Shown in pieces: positions 1 to 10,663 of a DNA stretch of 64,000 nucleotides. Each line of letters opens with the position of its first letter. Position 1 is the stretch's first letter. This stretch comes from Candidatus Hydrothermarchaeum profundi. Lineage in GTDB: Archaea > Hydrothermarchaeota > Hydrothermarchaeia > Hydrothermarchaeales > Hydrothermarchaeaceae. Both the position numbers and the translations under genes were made by a program. A model generated the notes under the pieces. The model did not search any database. It had not been told where the DNA came from and was given only the letters and a program-made list of their open reading frames with translations. Location: assembly GCA_002011125.2 (NCBI GenBank), contig MTMF02000009.1, positions 1,734,788-1,798,787 on the forward strand, written 5' to 3'.

Positions 1-119
1 GGCATCAGTACGAGATTAGGCAGGGAACGATGTCTTGAGGCATCTGATGAGTAACTCAGTAGCTCTTCAGGAGTTGAAAGCACTCGATCCTCGTCCATAA
101 AATCAAAAAATTGCAACAT
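1..119 (-). CDS. FAD-binding oxidoreductase (GlcD/D-lactate dehydrogenase-like), 5' part; runs off the window edge
   Basis: Hand translation from ATG at 119 gives MLQFFDFMDEDRVLSTPEELLSYSSDASRHRSLPNLVLMP, matching the 'V...EEL..YS.DAS....P..V..P' N-terminus of GlcD-family proteins. Not in the ORF track. Confidence 0.65.
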   Translation of the reverse strand, partial: MLQFFDFMDEDRVLSTPEELLSYSSDASRHRSLPNLVLM

Positions 120-364
120 ATTCCAAACTTAGAGTTTTAACAAACTCAACGAATGCTCCTTTATGAGCAAGGCATATCAGAGACTCTGAAAAATCTCTCT
201 CCGTTAGAAATTACTTTTTTCTTTCAGGCAGTCCATGGGAGTAAGAAAAGGTTTCTATTCTCATTACGAGATACTTAGTAACTCTCATAATCTTACGACA
301 CTTACTATTTTATGATAAGTTTTATTATGCGCTAGAATCAAAAACTATTTGAGGTCTGAAGAAA

Positions 365-1903
365 TTGGCAAAAATCGTTGGGATCATATTTGGTGAGGTC
401 AGTTATGGCGACTTTAATTTTATAGTTAGCAGAGAATCCAACCTTCAAAAGGGACAATACGTTAAAGTAAACCACGAGGTCTATGGATGGATTTTAGCAC
501 AAGTGGTAGCGATCTCTAGATACAATGAGAGGTACACATTAAATGCCATGGCTGGAACTACTTCACCTAAAGAAAACATTGCATCTGAAAGGACGGTAGC
601 TAACGCCAAAGTTATAGGATATCTGGATGAAAAAGGAATGCTTAAATCACCCAAAATACCCTTTAAACCCGGAGAAAAAGTCTATGAAGCCGATAACTCC
701 ATTATAACTCGCACTCTAAATCTATCTACAAGGGAAGGGGTATATCTTGGGCTACTCGAAGGTCATTCAAGTCCATTGAGGGTTTATCTCAACCCAAACA
801 GATTGGTACAGAAACATATATGCGTCCTAGCTAAGACAGGTGCGGGAAAGTCTTATACCGTCGGTGTCCTAATTGAAGAACTATTGGAGAAAAAGGTGCC
901 TGTAGTTGTTATAGACCCCCATGGCGAATACTCGTCATTGAAATACCCAAACAATAACAAGCGAGAGCTTGAGATGATGGAAATCTACGGAGTCTCCCCA
1001 AGAGGATATGAGAACGTGGTTGAATTCACCCCAGACCTCAATCTAAACCCTCAAGCAGACAGAAAACTCGCTCTCGACGTAACTAAGCTAAGCGTGAGAG
1101 ATTTTATTGAGATGCTGCCTTCGAAACTTACCTCGAGTCAAAAGGGGATGCTATTCGAAGCCCTCAAGGCAGTTCACGCTTATGGTAAATATTCGCTAGA
1201 GGACTTAATAAGGATAATACATGAATTCGAAAATAAAGCTAAGTGGAATCTAATAACAAGCCTAGAAATGATACGGGAAAGCAAGATATTCGAGGGGCCG
1301 CCGGTTGCTCCTCACGATTTAGTAAAAAAAGACGTAGTCTCGATTATAAATTTAAGGGGGGTTCAGCCAGATATTCAGGAAATCGTAGTTGCCAGAGTAG
1401 CGCAAGAACTCTTCGATGCGAGGAAAGGCGGCAAGATTCCTCCCCTACTATTACTTATAGAGGAAGCCCATAATTTTGCTCCAGAAAGAGGTTTCGGCAG
1501 TACTCCGGCATCAGGTATCCTCCGAACACTTGCGAGTGAAGGGAGGAAATTTGGACTCGGACTATGTGTAGTTTCACAACGCCCAGCAAGGATAGATAAA
1601 AACGTGCTAAGCCAGTGCAATACCCAGATAATATTGAAAGTGACTAACCCGAATGATCTTAAAGCAATTAGTCAGAGCATCGAAGGATTTACCCAAGACT
1701 TAGAGGAGGAGATTAAACAACTTCCTCCAGGGGTTGCACTTATAGTAGGTGATGTCGTAGAGCAACCAATATTCGTTGATATAAGAGTTAAAAGAACCAA
1801 ACATGGTGGAACCTCGGTAGAACTTGTAAGAAAAAATAGGCGGAAAAAAGTTACAACCCCAATGACCTTCGAAAGCATCTGGAAGAGGATATTCAGGGCA
1901 TAA
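365..1903 (+). CDS. HerA/FtsK-family ATPase (DUF87 helicase) with N-terminal HAS barrel
   Basis: Walker A AKTGAGKS, IDPHGEY, Walker B LLIEEAH, EGRKFG and SQRP motifs; TTG start. Confidence 0.9.
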   Translation: MAKIVGIIFGEVSYGDFNFIVSRESNLQKGQYVKVNHEVYGWILAQVVAISRYNERYTLNAMAGTTSPKENIASERTVANAKVIGYLDEKGMLKSPKIPFKPGEKVYEADNSIITRTLNLSTREGVYLGLLEGHSSPLRVYLNPNRLVQKHICVLAKTGAGKSYTVGVLIEELLEKKVPVVVIDPHGEYSSLKYPNNNKRELEMMEIYGVSPRGYENVVEFTPDLNLNPQADRKLALDVTKLSVRDFIEMLPSKLTSSQKGMLFEALKAVHAYGKYSLEDLIRIIHEFENKAKWNLITSLEMIRESKIFEGPPVAPHDLVKKDVVSIINLRGVQPDIQEIVVARVAQELFDARKGGKIPPLLLLIEEAHNFAPERGFGSTPASGILRTLASEGRKFGLGLCVVSQRPARIDKNVLSQCNTQIILKVTNPNDLKAISQSIEGFTQDLEEEIKQLPPGVALIVGDVVEQPIFVDIRVKRTKHGGTSVELVRKNRRKKVTTPMTFESIWKRIFRA

Positions 1904-2000
1904 CTAATTAAGCTACTATTATTTTTGGTTTCTGTATATTATGAGGAAAAATATTTACCTGTCAACTTTAAGTTGTGGATATATAGGATAGTAAATAAAA

Positions 2001-3779
2001 ATGATTAATCCAATCAGCCTTTTTCCATATAAAGAAGCCAGACCATTTCAAGATGAATTAATACAAAGGATATATTCAGCTGATAAGATACTGTGTAATG
2101 CCCCAACGGGCGTTGGAAAATCAATAAGCGCTCTATGTGGTTTTTTAGCCGAGCGAGATAGAGATGAGAAGATCGTTATCTTAACTAGGACTAAGTCGCA
2201 AGCTAAAATATTTCTTCAGGAAATCGCTAAGATCTCTCAACATTCTGGACAAAAATACCTAGCCATCCAGCTTCGTTCAAAGCAGGAACTCTGCCCATTC
2301 TACAGGGAAAACGAAACAACATATGAAGAATTCATAGAACTCTGTAAAGCTACATTAGAATGCCCTTATAGGGAGAAATTCTTTGATAACTGGGGTACCG
2401 TCGAAACTTTAGCTGAAGAGATTTCTAGTACTCGACTATATGCAGACTACTCCAACCTCCTACCCCTCCTTAGAAGTAGGGGCTGCCCCTATTTAGTATT
2501 ACAGGAACTTTCCTCCTTGGCCGATGTACTAGTAACATCTTACCTCTATCTCTTAAATCCCTTTTTGAGGAGAATTTTCCTCAATAGAATACAAAAGGAA
2601 ATAGAGGACCTCTTGATTATTATTGATGAAGCCCATAACCTCCACAGCATGGACATCTTGGGGAAAACCCTTAGCCGCCATACGTTGGATATGGCCGCGA
2701 AAGAAATTGATTATGATTTTTCAAGTATCTATTTTATATTTGATGGAAAAGACGACATATTGGAGGTCGAGGATTATTTAGATCACTCTGAAGTAGCATA
2801 CCTCCTAGATAAGGGTAGAGAAGTACTTCGTAGCAGGTTGAAACAGGACAAGAAGGTTTCTTATACCTTCAGGGTAGCTTCCTTTTTTAAGCATGCACTG
2901 GAGTATAGCATGGAGGGGAATTGGATGTTTTTTAGAAAAGAAGGAAAACTCTATATTAAGCCTCTTTTTCCAAACGAGTTCATCGAACCTCTCAGAAATT
3001 CAAGGAAGCTTTTGATGATGAGCGGAACATTAGAACCTCTTGAAGGATTTAAGTTGCTATATGGCCTAGAGGATGCAGAAGACGTATCTCTACCTAAGAT
3101 ATTTCCAAAAGAAAACTCCTACTACCTAGGAGTAAAGGGAATCAACACTGCTCAGACGACAAGGGAAAATAGAGGCGAAGAACTCTGGAAAGACTACGCA
3201 GGAGTAATACAAAGGATATCTAACGCATCTCCCATGACAACTCTTGTTTTTTTCCCTTCATATGACATAATGTATGCGGTGGCCAAGTATCTCAACGAGG
3301 TAGGACTAGAGCCGGCAGATAGCGCACAGGCAGAGGACTTCTGGAAACAAGTTGTAGACAAGGGACAAAAAAAGGTTTTCGCTGTGTCTGGTGGAAAATT
3401 TAGCGAGGGAGTCGAGTTCACTATTAATAAAGGTAACGAGAAGAAGAGCGTGATAAGCACCTTAATTATTGCAGGCTTTCCATTTCCTGTGCCCGACTTC
3501 GAGCTTGAGATTAAAAGCAAGTTCTACGAAGAGAGGTTTGGATATGGCAGAGCGTTTTTATTGTTATCGGTTTTGCCCATGGTAAACAAGGTTCTTCAAG
3601 CTATTGGCAGAGCGGTAAGAAGTGAGAATGATAGAGCTGCTATTGTTCTCTTGGATGATAGATTAGAATATCTGAAGTATTTTCCAGAAAGCATTAGCAA
3701 CGAAATTCAAATATGCGAGATGGATGAACTCGCAGATGAAGTTGCATGGTTTCATAGTAGGTTAAAAGGAGGTTTCTAA
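2001..3779 (+). CDS. XPD/Rad3/DinG-family Fe-S DNA helicase
   Basis: APTGVGKS, DEAH, Fe-S cysteines (LCP...LC...ECPY...GCPY), SGTL, FFPSY, QAIGRAVR. Confidence 0.9.
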   Translation: MINPISLFPYKEARPFQDELIQRIYSADKILCNAPTGVGKSISALCGFLAERDRDEKIVILTRTKSQAKIFLQEIAKISQHSGQKYLAIQLRSKQELCPFYRENETTYEEFIELCKATLECPYREKFFDNWGTVETLAEEISSTRLYADYSNLLPLLRSRGCPYLVLQELSSLADVLVTSYLYLLNPFLRRIFLNRIQKEIEDLLIIIDEAHNLHSMDILGKTLSRHTLDMAAKEIDYDFSSIYFIFDGKDDILEVEDYLDHSEVAYLLDKGREVLRSRLKQDKKVSYTFRVASFFKHALEYSMEGNWMFFRKEGKLYIKPLFPNEFIEPLRNSRKLLMMSGTLEPLEGFKLLYGLEDAEDVSLPKIFPKENSYYLGVKGINTAQTTRENRGEELWKDYAGVIQRISNASPMTTLVFFPSYDIMYAVAKYLNEVGLEPADSAQAEDFWKQVVDKGQKKVFAVSGGKFSEGVEFTINKGNEKKSVISTLIIAGFPFPVPDFELEIKSKFYEERFGYGRAFLLLSVLPMVNKVLQAIGRAVRSENDRAAIVLLDDRLEYLKYFPESISNEIQICEMDELADEVAWFHSRLKGGF

Positions 3780-4807
3780 TGGATCATGAAGCGCTTCTAG
3801 ATGAATATACTGAGAAAATAGAGGAAGAGCTTAAAACGTATTTACAAAAAAAAGTTGAGGAAGGTCGGAGGTACCACCCTTTTATAGGTGAGGTCTATAG
3901 TGATCTTGAGGAATTTATCTTAAGAAAAGGGAAAAGACTCGCATCCTCGAGCACTCTGATAATTTACGAAGGTTATACCGGCGCTCTAGATAGTAAAATA
4001 ATGAAGGTGGGAGTAGGAATCGAACTATACAGGCATTCAATATTAATTCATGACGACTTGGTAGATAGAGACGATTATAGGAGAGGCGGAAAAACCTTTC
4101 ACAATATATTCAAGAAAGACCGGCGATATGGAGATGGAATTGCCATTTTTACGGGTAATTTGCTCTATGCACTTGCACTAGAATCTATATTAAATTCGGG
4201 TTTTGGCATGCAAAAGCTCAAGAGAGTGGTAAACCTGTTTGCAAGAGATTATATCGCTGTAAATGAAAGTCAAATGCTTGATCTGGACTTTGAATACCGT
4301 AGCCCTGATGAAGAGGAGTGGTACATTATGGCTAGTAAAAGAGCTTCTTCTCTTTTCCATGCTACAATATTATCTGGCGCGATATTAGGAGGCGCAGAGG
4401 GGTCTGACATAAAATTGCTCGCCGAAGCAGCTGAAAATATCGGTTACTCTTTTGATATTCAAGACGATATTATAGGGACTTTCGCAAACGAAGAACAATA
4501 CGGCAGACCTCCTGGGGGCGACCTTGTTTACTGGAAGAAGCCATTACATATGGTTTACACTATGAAACTCGCTGATGAAAGTGAGTTGAAAGAGATAAAG
4601 GAAGCAATAGGAAACAAAGAAAATATAGAGAACGTTAGAGAAATTATCAGAAGGACCGGTGCATTAGAAAAGGCCAAGGAAAAGTCAAGGATACATGCGA
4701 AGAGGGCGATTGAACTGATATCGCAGACTAAGCTTAACAGAACTACTAAGGAGTTCTTCAGTAGCTTTATCACTTATGTAGCGGAGAGTCTGGATTGGTA
4801 TAAATAA
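3779..4807 (+). CDS. Polyprenyl diphosphate synthase (GGPP synthase family)
   Basis: GKR, first Asp-rich motif LIHDDLVD..RRG, second motif IQDDIIG. Confidence 0.9.
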   Translation: MDHEALLDEYTEKIEEELKTYLQKKVEEGRRYHPFIGEVYSDLEEFILRKGKRLASSSTLIIYEGYTGALDSKIMKVGVGIELYRHSILIHDDLVDRDDYRRGGKTFHNIFKKDRRYGDGIAIFTGNLLYALALESILNSGFGMQKLKRVVNLFARDYIAVNESQMLDLDFEYRSPDEEEWYIMASKRASSLFHATILSGAILGGAEGSDIKLLAEAAENIGYSFDIQDDIIGTFANEEQYGRPPGGDLVYWKKPLHMVYTMKLADESELKEIKEAIGNKENIENVREIIRRTGALEKAKEKSRIHAKRAIELISQTKLNRTTKEFFSSFITYVAESLDWYK

Positions 4808-6112
4808 TTATTTTAATTTGTTTTCAAGAAAATCGCTATATCCCTGCAAGTCTAGCAGCCCATGACCACTAAAGTTGAATGCTATTACCTTCTCTTCCCC
4901 CGTTTTCTTACATTTTAATGCCTCATCAATAACTGCCTTAATAGCATGATTAGTTTCTGGAGCAGGTACAAGACCTTCTGTTTTAGTGAATATACTCCCT
5001 GCCTCAAAAGTTTCTACCTGATTATATGCGACAGCATCGATATGGCCTGTTTTGTGGAGTAGACAAAGACTTGGTGCATCACCATGATACCGTAAGCCGC
5101 CGGCATGTATGGGGGAAGGCACGAAATCATGGCCCAAGGTATACATTAATATTAGCGGAGTTAATTGGGCCGTATCTCCGAAATCATATCGATACTCGCC
5201 TTTGGTTAGAGTAGGACACGACTCGGGCTCTACTCCTATGAACCTTGTACCATCTGATTCCCCGCGTAGTTTTTGCCCAAGGGTTGGAAACATGAACCCT
5301 GAGAAGTTAGACCCGCCTCCTACGCAACCTACCATGATGTCCGGCTTGGTATCTATTTTTTCAAATTGTTTAATGACTTCCTGTCCGACTACAGTCTGAT
5401 GTAATAATACATGATTTAATACAGAACCCAAAGAATATTTTGTTTTTTCATCTCCTACTGCCCTCTCTATCGCCTCGCTAATAGCTATACCTAAGGATCC
5501 CGAATGATTGGGGTCTTGCTCCAAGAATTTCCTTCCCGACTGCGTTACATCCGACGGTGACGGATGAACCGTAGAGCCATAAAGTTGCATTAATATCCTT
5601 CTATATGGTTTCTGATTATAGCTTACTCTAACCATAAAAACCTCGCATTTAAGTCCAAAAAGAGCACATCCAAGAGATAATGCTGTACCCCATTGACCCG
5701 CTCCAGTCTCTGTAGTAAGTTTCTCAACTCCCTCTTTCATATTGAAGTAGGCCTGCGCGATAGCAGTGTTTGGCTTATGCGATCCTGCAAAACTTACGTC
5801 CTCCCGCTTATAGTAAATTTTAGCGGGAGTTTTCAGATATTTTTCAAGTCTTTTCGCTCTATATAACGGGGTAGGTCTTCCAATCTGGTAATATGCGTCT
5901 AATACTTCCTCTGGTATATCGATATACCTATCTTGGCTAACCTCCTGCTTTATAAGCTCCATCGGGAATATAGGTGCCAAATCTTCAGGTCCTACTGGTT
6001 CTTTAGTTGCCGGGTTAAGATAGGGGGGGAAAGGCTCTGGCAAATCAGGGAGAATATTATACCATTTTTTTGGAATTTCGTCCATATCAAGCAAGACTTT
6101 TGTTTCCTCCAT
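4808..6112 (-). CDS. trpB: Tryptophan synthase beta chain, type 2 (TrpB-like PLP enzyme)
   Basis: [17 protein letters not shown] (PLP lysine), [30 protein letters not shown]. Confidence 0.93.
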   Translation of the reverse strand: MEETKVLLDMDEIPKKWYNILPDLPEPFPPYLNPATKEPVGPEDLAPIFPMELIKQEVSQDRYIDIPEEVLDAYYQIGRPTPLYRAKRLEKYLKTPAKIYYKREDVSFAGSHKPNTAIAQAYFNMKEGVEKLTTETGAGQWGTALSLGCALFGLKCEVFMVRVSYNQKPYRRILMQLYGSTVHPSPSDVTQSGRKFLEQDPNHSGSLGIAISEAIERAVGDEKTKYSLGSVLNHVLLHQTVVGQEVIKQFEKIDTKPDIMVGCVGGGSNFSGFMFPTLGQKLRGESDGTRFIGVEPESCPTLTKGEYRYDFGDTAQLTPLILMYTLGHDFVPSPIHAGGLRYHGDAPSLCLLHKTGHIDAVAYNQVETFEAGSIFTKTEGLVPAPETNHAIKAVIDEALKCKKTGEEKVIAFNFSGHGLLDLQGYSDFLENKLK

Positions 6113-6291
6113 TTATCTACCTCCAATTTAACTGGCTCCTAATTCTCAAAAATAGTTATATATAAAGTTAATGTGCAAATATAGTACAACAATGTACTCT
6201 TTTTATCAATGAAAGTGCATTTTTCTTCATCAATCTTTCAACAATTGAGAAGTTCTGCCATTTAACAACCAACTATAGCGAATTCCCAAAA

Positions 6292-7977
6292 CTAGTTATC
6301 TTTATTTACAATCTTGTTTGGCCTCTTAGGTATCCATACACAAAAAATGCTCCCTACCGGATTGTTATCTTCTACCCACACCCTCCCGCCATGCAATTCG
6401 ACAATGCGCTTAACTATAGCTAATCCCAATCCTGTTCCTATAACTCCTATTTTGTTCTTCCTTGTAAACCTCTCAAAAATAAGCTCCTTATGCTCATCAG
6501 GCACCCCCATGCCTTCATCTCTAACTTGTATCCGCCATCCTTCACCGTCCTCGTCTACCCTTACAGTTATAGTAGATTTATCCGGGCTGTATTTTATTGC
6601 ATTTGACAGCAAGTTAGAAAAAACTTCTTCAATAGATGGATGAACCCATGCTAAATACTTCTTTTCGTCTTCCAGCTCCATTCGTATGCTCCTTCTCTCA
6701 GCAATAGGTTTAAAATTCGTTATAACCTCTTTCAGAATCTCCTTAAGATCGCACTCTTCAAACTCTAGCTTTTCCTCCGATTCTACCTTCGCTAGTACTC
6801 CGGCGCTTTGAATCATCTCTTCTAACTTCTCGGCATTCCTCCTTATAATTTCCATCACATCTTTATACTCTTCTGGCGAGGCAACTTCCGCTAAGCCTTT
6901 TATAACGCTTACAGGATTAAGAAGGTCATGGCGGAGGATATCTGTGAAGAGATCTTTTAGCCTGTTAGACTCCTCCAACTTCGACAGATAAGACTTCAGT
7001 TTATCTTCCATTATCCTATACTCTGTAACATCCGTGACTATACCGAGAATAGCCCTTTCACCCTGGTATTCTATCAGCTTTGTAAGATGTAATCCAATGA
7101 TCCTTCTACCGTCCTTCGTTAAAAGCGTGTACTCGTAGGGAGGGACCTCCTCGCCCCGCATATGCCTCTGGAAATTCTCAACTACCAGGTCACGAGACTC
7201 CGGGGCAATAAGCGAAAGAAAATCAAAGCCTGGAGAATAAAACTCCTCCCTCGAATAACCCATCACCTCCTCACACATCCTATTAGCATAAACCACCCTG
7301 CCCCCCTGGTTAATAAAAATCATGTTCGGAGACTCCTCAGCCAAAGTCCTAAACTTCTCTTCAGACTCGCGTAGCTTTTTCTCCATCTCTTTACGCTCGC
7401 TAATATCCCTTAAGATTGCCATATCAGCTGGCTTGCCCTCATAAGTTATTAGAGAGGCATTCACCTCAAAAGGTATCATTCTCCCATCTTTAGAGATAAT
7501 TTCAATCTCGTATCTAATTGGCACCTCCTCACCACAAAGCCTCCGCTTATAAAATTCTGCTACCATTTCCCTATATTTTTGAGAAATATAGTTAGTAAAT
7601 GGCTTATTGAGCACCTCTTCCTGAGTGAAGCCTGTTAATTCTAGCATCTTTGAATTTACAAACTTAAGGAGACCCTCTTGAATTACAACAATACCATCAT
7701 TACTCTTCTCAACCAAGGTGCGGTATTTTTCCTCACTCTCCCATGCTTTCCTCTCAGACACCAGCTTCCTGTCATAAAGATAACCAGCAAGCATAAATCC
7801 AGGTATCCATATCAACACCAATAAAGTATCAAGGCTTAGAAGATGAATTGATAAGGTATGCTTATACTTAAAATAGTCATAAACATAATGAAAAAGATTA
7901 ACAATCCATCCCACACTGCCTATCCCTATAGCTACCCAATGCTCTCTAATAATGCTGGAAATTCTTGTAAATCTCAT
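6292..7977 (-). CDS. Membrane-anchored PAS-PAS sensor histidine kinase
   Basis: Two N-terminal hydrophobic helices, two 'SEEK(Y/F)RTL.E' PAS-PAC repeats, H-box LRHDLLNP, NLLSNAIKY, DEGMG, GTGLGL. Confidence 0.9.
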   Translation of the reverse strand: MRFTRISSIIREHWVAIGIGSVGWIVNLFHYVYDYFKYKHTLSIHLLSLDTLLVLIWIPGFMLAGYLYDRKLVSERKAWESEEKYRTLVEKSNDGIVVIQEGLLKFVNSKMLELTGFTQEEVLNKPFTNYISQKYREMVAEFYKRRLCGEEVPIRYEIEIISKDGRMIPFEVNASLITYEGKPADMAILRDISERKEMEKKLRESEEKFRTLAEESPNMIFINQGGRVVYANRMCEEVMGYSREEFYSPGFDFLSLIAPESRDLVVENFQRHMRGEEVPPYEYTLLTKDGRRIIGLHLTKLIEYQGERAILGIVTDVTEYRIMEDKLKSYLSKLEESNRLKDLFTDILRHDLLNPVSVIKGLAEVASPEEYKDVMEIIRRNAEKLEEMIQSAGVLAKVESEEKLEFEECDLKEILKEVITNFKPIAERRSIRMELEDEKKYLAWVHPSIEEVFSNLLSNAIKYSPDKSTITVRVDEDGEGWRIQVRDEGMGVPDEHKELIFERFTRKNKIGVIGTGLGLAIVKRIVELHGGRVWVEDNNPVGSIFCVWIPKRPNKIVNKDN

Positions 7978-7978
7978 T

Positions 7979-9043
7979 CTATTTCTCCCCTATAGGTATG
8001 GAAAAGCAAAACCTACTCCCTCTCTTAACTTCACTATTTTCCAGCCATATTTTCCCGCCATGAGCTTCCACTATTTGTTTAGCGACTAAAAGCCCCATAC
8101 CAGTTCCACCATGCTTCCGAGTAGTGCTACTATCAACCTGATAGAAAGGATCAAATATCTTCGCATGTAACTCCCTAGGTATACCTATACCTGTATCACT
8201 GACACATATATGCATGAAGCCATTCTTAACTTTAGCTTCCAATGTCACTCTCCCATGATCAGTAAACTTTACTGCATTATCTACAAGGTTTCGTAGAACG
8301 TGTCCCAAACGAGTAGGATCTGCTCTCACCTTAGGTAATTTATTATCTACCTTATAATCTAATTCTATTCCCTTCCGTAAAGCTTGTTCTTTAAACTCTG
8401 AAATTATCTGGTTTAATATTTTCGATACATCCACTTCATCTAACTGCAATCTTATTTCCTTTTTCATTGACCTTGCAGCTTCGATTAGGTCTTCCACTAT
8501 CGAGTCTTGCCTATGCAAAGCGTTCAAAGCCATATGCGCTAACCTCCTTCTCTGGTCTGGATCATCCTCCTCCAGCAACAACTCCATTGCACTCTTCGCT
8601 ATAGTGATAGGCGTACGAAGCTCATGGCTCACATTGGCGAGGATATTACCCTTCATTTCATCGAGGGTTTTAAGCTCCTCATATGCCTGCTTAAGCGCAC
8701 GAGTTTTCTCATCCACCTCCGCCTCCAATTTAGCGTTGACTCTCACAAGCACATAAATAGAAAGGGTATTTCTAGCTACTACCGCCATAGCTACAATAAA
8801 CATCAATAGAGAAGCCATCTCTAGCATCTTGTAGAGGGTATAATTACCCAAAAATATTCTAGCCCCTAGAGCTAAATCAACTAATAAAATCGCGAATAAT
8901 ACTAAGATAAAGGCAGGATACATCTTCTTAAAGATCTCTCTTGTAAAAAATACGCTGGAAAAAAAGAAAAAGTGAATAATAGCGCTTGAAGAGATAAGAG
9001 CTAGAATAAAAACCAAGATATGAAGTGTACTATAAAACGCCAA
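7979..9043 (-). CDS. Membrane sensor histidine kinase
   Basis: Three N-terminal TM segments, H-box VSHELRTP, NLVDNAVKF, DTGIG, GGTGMGL. Confidence 0.9.
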   Translation of the reverse strand: MAFYSTLHILVFILALISSSAIIHFFFFSSVFFTREIFKKMYPAFILVLFAILLVDLALGARIFLGNYTLYKMLEMASLLMFIVAMAVVARNTLSIYVLVRVNAKLEAEVDEKTRALKQAYEELKTLDEMKGNILANVSHELRTPITIAKSAMELLLEEDDPDQRRRLAHMALNALHRQDSIVEDLIEAARSMKKEIRLQLDEVDVSKILNQIISEFKEQALRKGIELDYKVDNKLPKVRADPTRLGHVLRNLVDNAVKFTDHGRVTLEAKVKNGFMHICVSDTGIGIPRELHAKIFDPFYQVDSSTTRKHGGTGMGLLVAKQIVEAHGGKIWLENSEVKRGSRFCFSIPIGEK

Positions 9044-9404
9044 CCTCGCCCCCCCTAATCTTGCTGATAAGATACAAGTTTATTGCAACACTACAAATAA
9101 GGAGATATACCATAGCTATCTCAGAGACTTTCTGAAATCTCTCTATATTATATAAGTGGACTGCCTCTATGTCCAATACCGCTTCGAAAAGCTCAAGCAT
9201 TTCAGTGATCATGAAAATAAATAAAGCAATTACACCAAGAAATGCCGCTATCCTCACCTTTTTCCAGTTTTCTTTCAAAAATTTTAACCCATCACCTGAA
9301 ATAAGCCATTCTTTTCTCCAAAGTGCAACAATTAATAAAGTAGAGGTTACTAAAAATAAGATTAGGATTCCGATTGTATATAGTAAATCCATAAGCTCAG
9401 CCAT
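9030..9404 (-). CDS. Small three-TM membrane protein, translationally coupled to the kinase
   Basis: 124-aa hydrophobic ORF overlapping the kinase start; its 3' end carries a purine-rich SD-like GGCGAGG before the kinase TTG. Confidence 0.7.
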   Translation of the reverse strand: MAELMDLLYTIGILILFLVTSTLLIVALWRKEWLISGDGLKFLKENWKKVRIAAFLGVIALFIFMITEMLELFEAVLDIEAVHLYNIERFQKVSEIAMVYLLICSVAINLYLISKIRGGEVGVL

Positions 9405-9527
9405 TTAGATCAACAAGGCAATAGTTGATTATCTCATTTTGAATTTTCATTCTTTGGGAATAAATAATTTTTCAAAACTTCTTCAGCCCCTATTGATGTA
9501 GCAAGGCATTACGGCTCATTATCAATA

Positions 9528-9601
9528 AGCCCCGGGCGGGATTCGAACCCGCGACCTCTTCCTTACCAAGGAAGCGCTCCACCATGCTGAGCTACCGGGG
9601 C
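9528..9601 (-). tRNA. tRNA-Thr(GGT)
   Basis: GCCCCGG acceptor stem, TAGCTCAG D-arm, anticodon arm CTTCC-TT-GGT-AA-GGAAG, GGTTCGAATCC T-loop; no encoded CCA. Confidence 0.96.
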
Positions 9602-9733
9602 GTGAATAAAGGATTAGAAAACTCTCTATTAAAACTTTTCTTGAAAATATTTTTCTAAAGTTTAAAAAACTTCATTCTCTATCATAGTGGGCAGAATACC
9701 TATTAACTTAAAAAATAGTAAGGTGTGAGTTCC

Positions 9734-9754
9734 AGGTAACCCTGGGGGTTACCT
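9734..9754 (-). terminator. Perfect hairpin 20 nt downstream of slyD (possible terminator or stability hairpin)
   Basis: AGGTAACCC-TGG-GGGTTACCT, 9-bp stem. Confidence 0.35.
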
Positions 9755-9773
9755 CAAAGAACTCCCGTATCCT

Positions 9774-10232
9774 TCACTTCTGCACGTCAGCAACTTTTAT
9801 TTCGAAGATCAGCGTCTTCCCGGCTAAGGGATGATTAAAATCTAATACAACTTCATCCGCAGATACTTTAGTTATAACCGCTTGACCCTGTGGGGTTCTC
9901 ACGATCATACCTACTTCTGGCTGAATTTCGCTCTGCTCGAAGACCTGTATTGGAAAGTTCTGAACAAGATCTGGATAAACTTCACCATAGGCCTTTTCTG
10001 GGGGAAGGGTGACTTTCTTTTCTTCACCTACTTCCATGCCCTTTAAAGACTCTTCAATCCCAGGTATTATCTCGCCTGCTCCGACTCTCACTGTGATGGG
10101 CTCATAAACCCTCTCTTCGTTATAGATTCCTGCCTTCTTTGCAACCTCTTCATCTGAAGTATCGAAAACTTCTCCATTCTCGTATTTCCCTGTGTACTCT
10201 AATTTCACTATACTTCCCTCTTCAACTTTCAT
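9774..10232 (-). CDS. slyD: FKBP-type peptidyl-prolyl isomerase (SlyD-like)
   Basis: YTGK..GEVFDTS, IIPGIEE, PPEKAYG, DFNHPLAGKTL. Confidence 0.93.
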   Translation of the reverse strand: MKVEEGSIVKLEYTGKYENGEVFDTSDEEVAKKAGIYNEERVYEPITVRVGAGEIIPGIEESLKGMEVGEEKKVTLPPEKAYGEVYPDLVQNFPIQVFEQSEIQPEVGMIVRTPQGQAVITKVSADEVVLDFNHPLAGKTLIFEIKVADVQK

Positions 10233-10663
10233 ATTTTATTCACCTCATTTTTATATAAGATTCTTGAAAGAATCCGCATTAGAAAAGAAGACCCACTGAA
10301 TGGATATTCAAAAACTTTTTTACTTAAATAATTGATAATTTGATCCTGATTCTCCACATTAACTGGGAGGGGCCCATCATAAACATCTTCTTCAAAAGCA
10401 GTTAAATGAGTAACTTTCATTGGCTATTGCTTCCTCTCCCGATTATTTCTAAATGAAGACAGAACTTCCCTGAAGCATCTAGAAACTTCTTCTAGGAAAT
10501 CAAGCTGCCCCAGTTTTCCCTCCCGGTAAAATAAGGGAAAAATTTCTTGAAGTTCTTTCATATTAGGAAGCGGCAAAATAATACTATATAAGCGTTACGG
10601 TGAGATATGAGATTTTCTTTAGGGAAATCCAAATAATGCTGAGCTTTTTTTCTTTTACAAAAT

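Noticed and set aside
10229-10561. Minus-strand frame from ATG 10561 running through a single TAG (10424-10426) into the 63-aa ORF, suggesting pyrrolysine readthrough
   Set aside because: No recognisable protein family, and TAG is an ordinary stop for many genes in this window; more likely chance or a pseudogene
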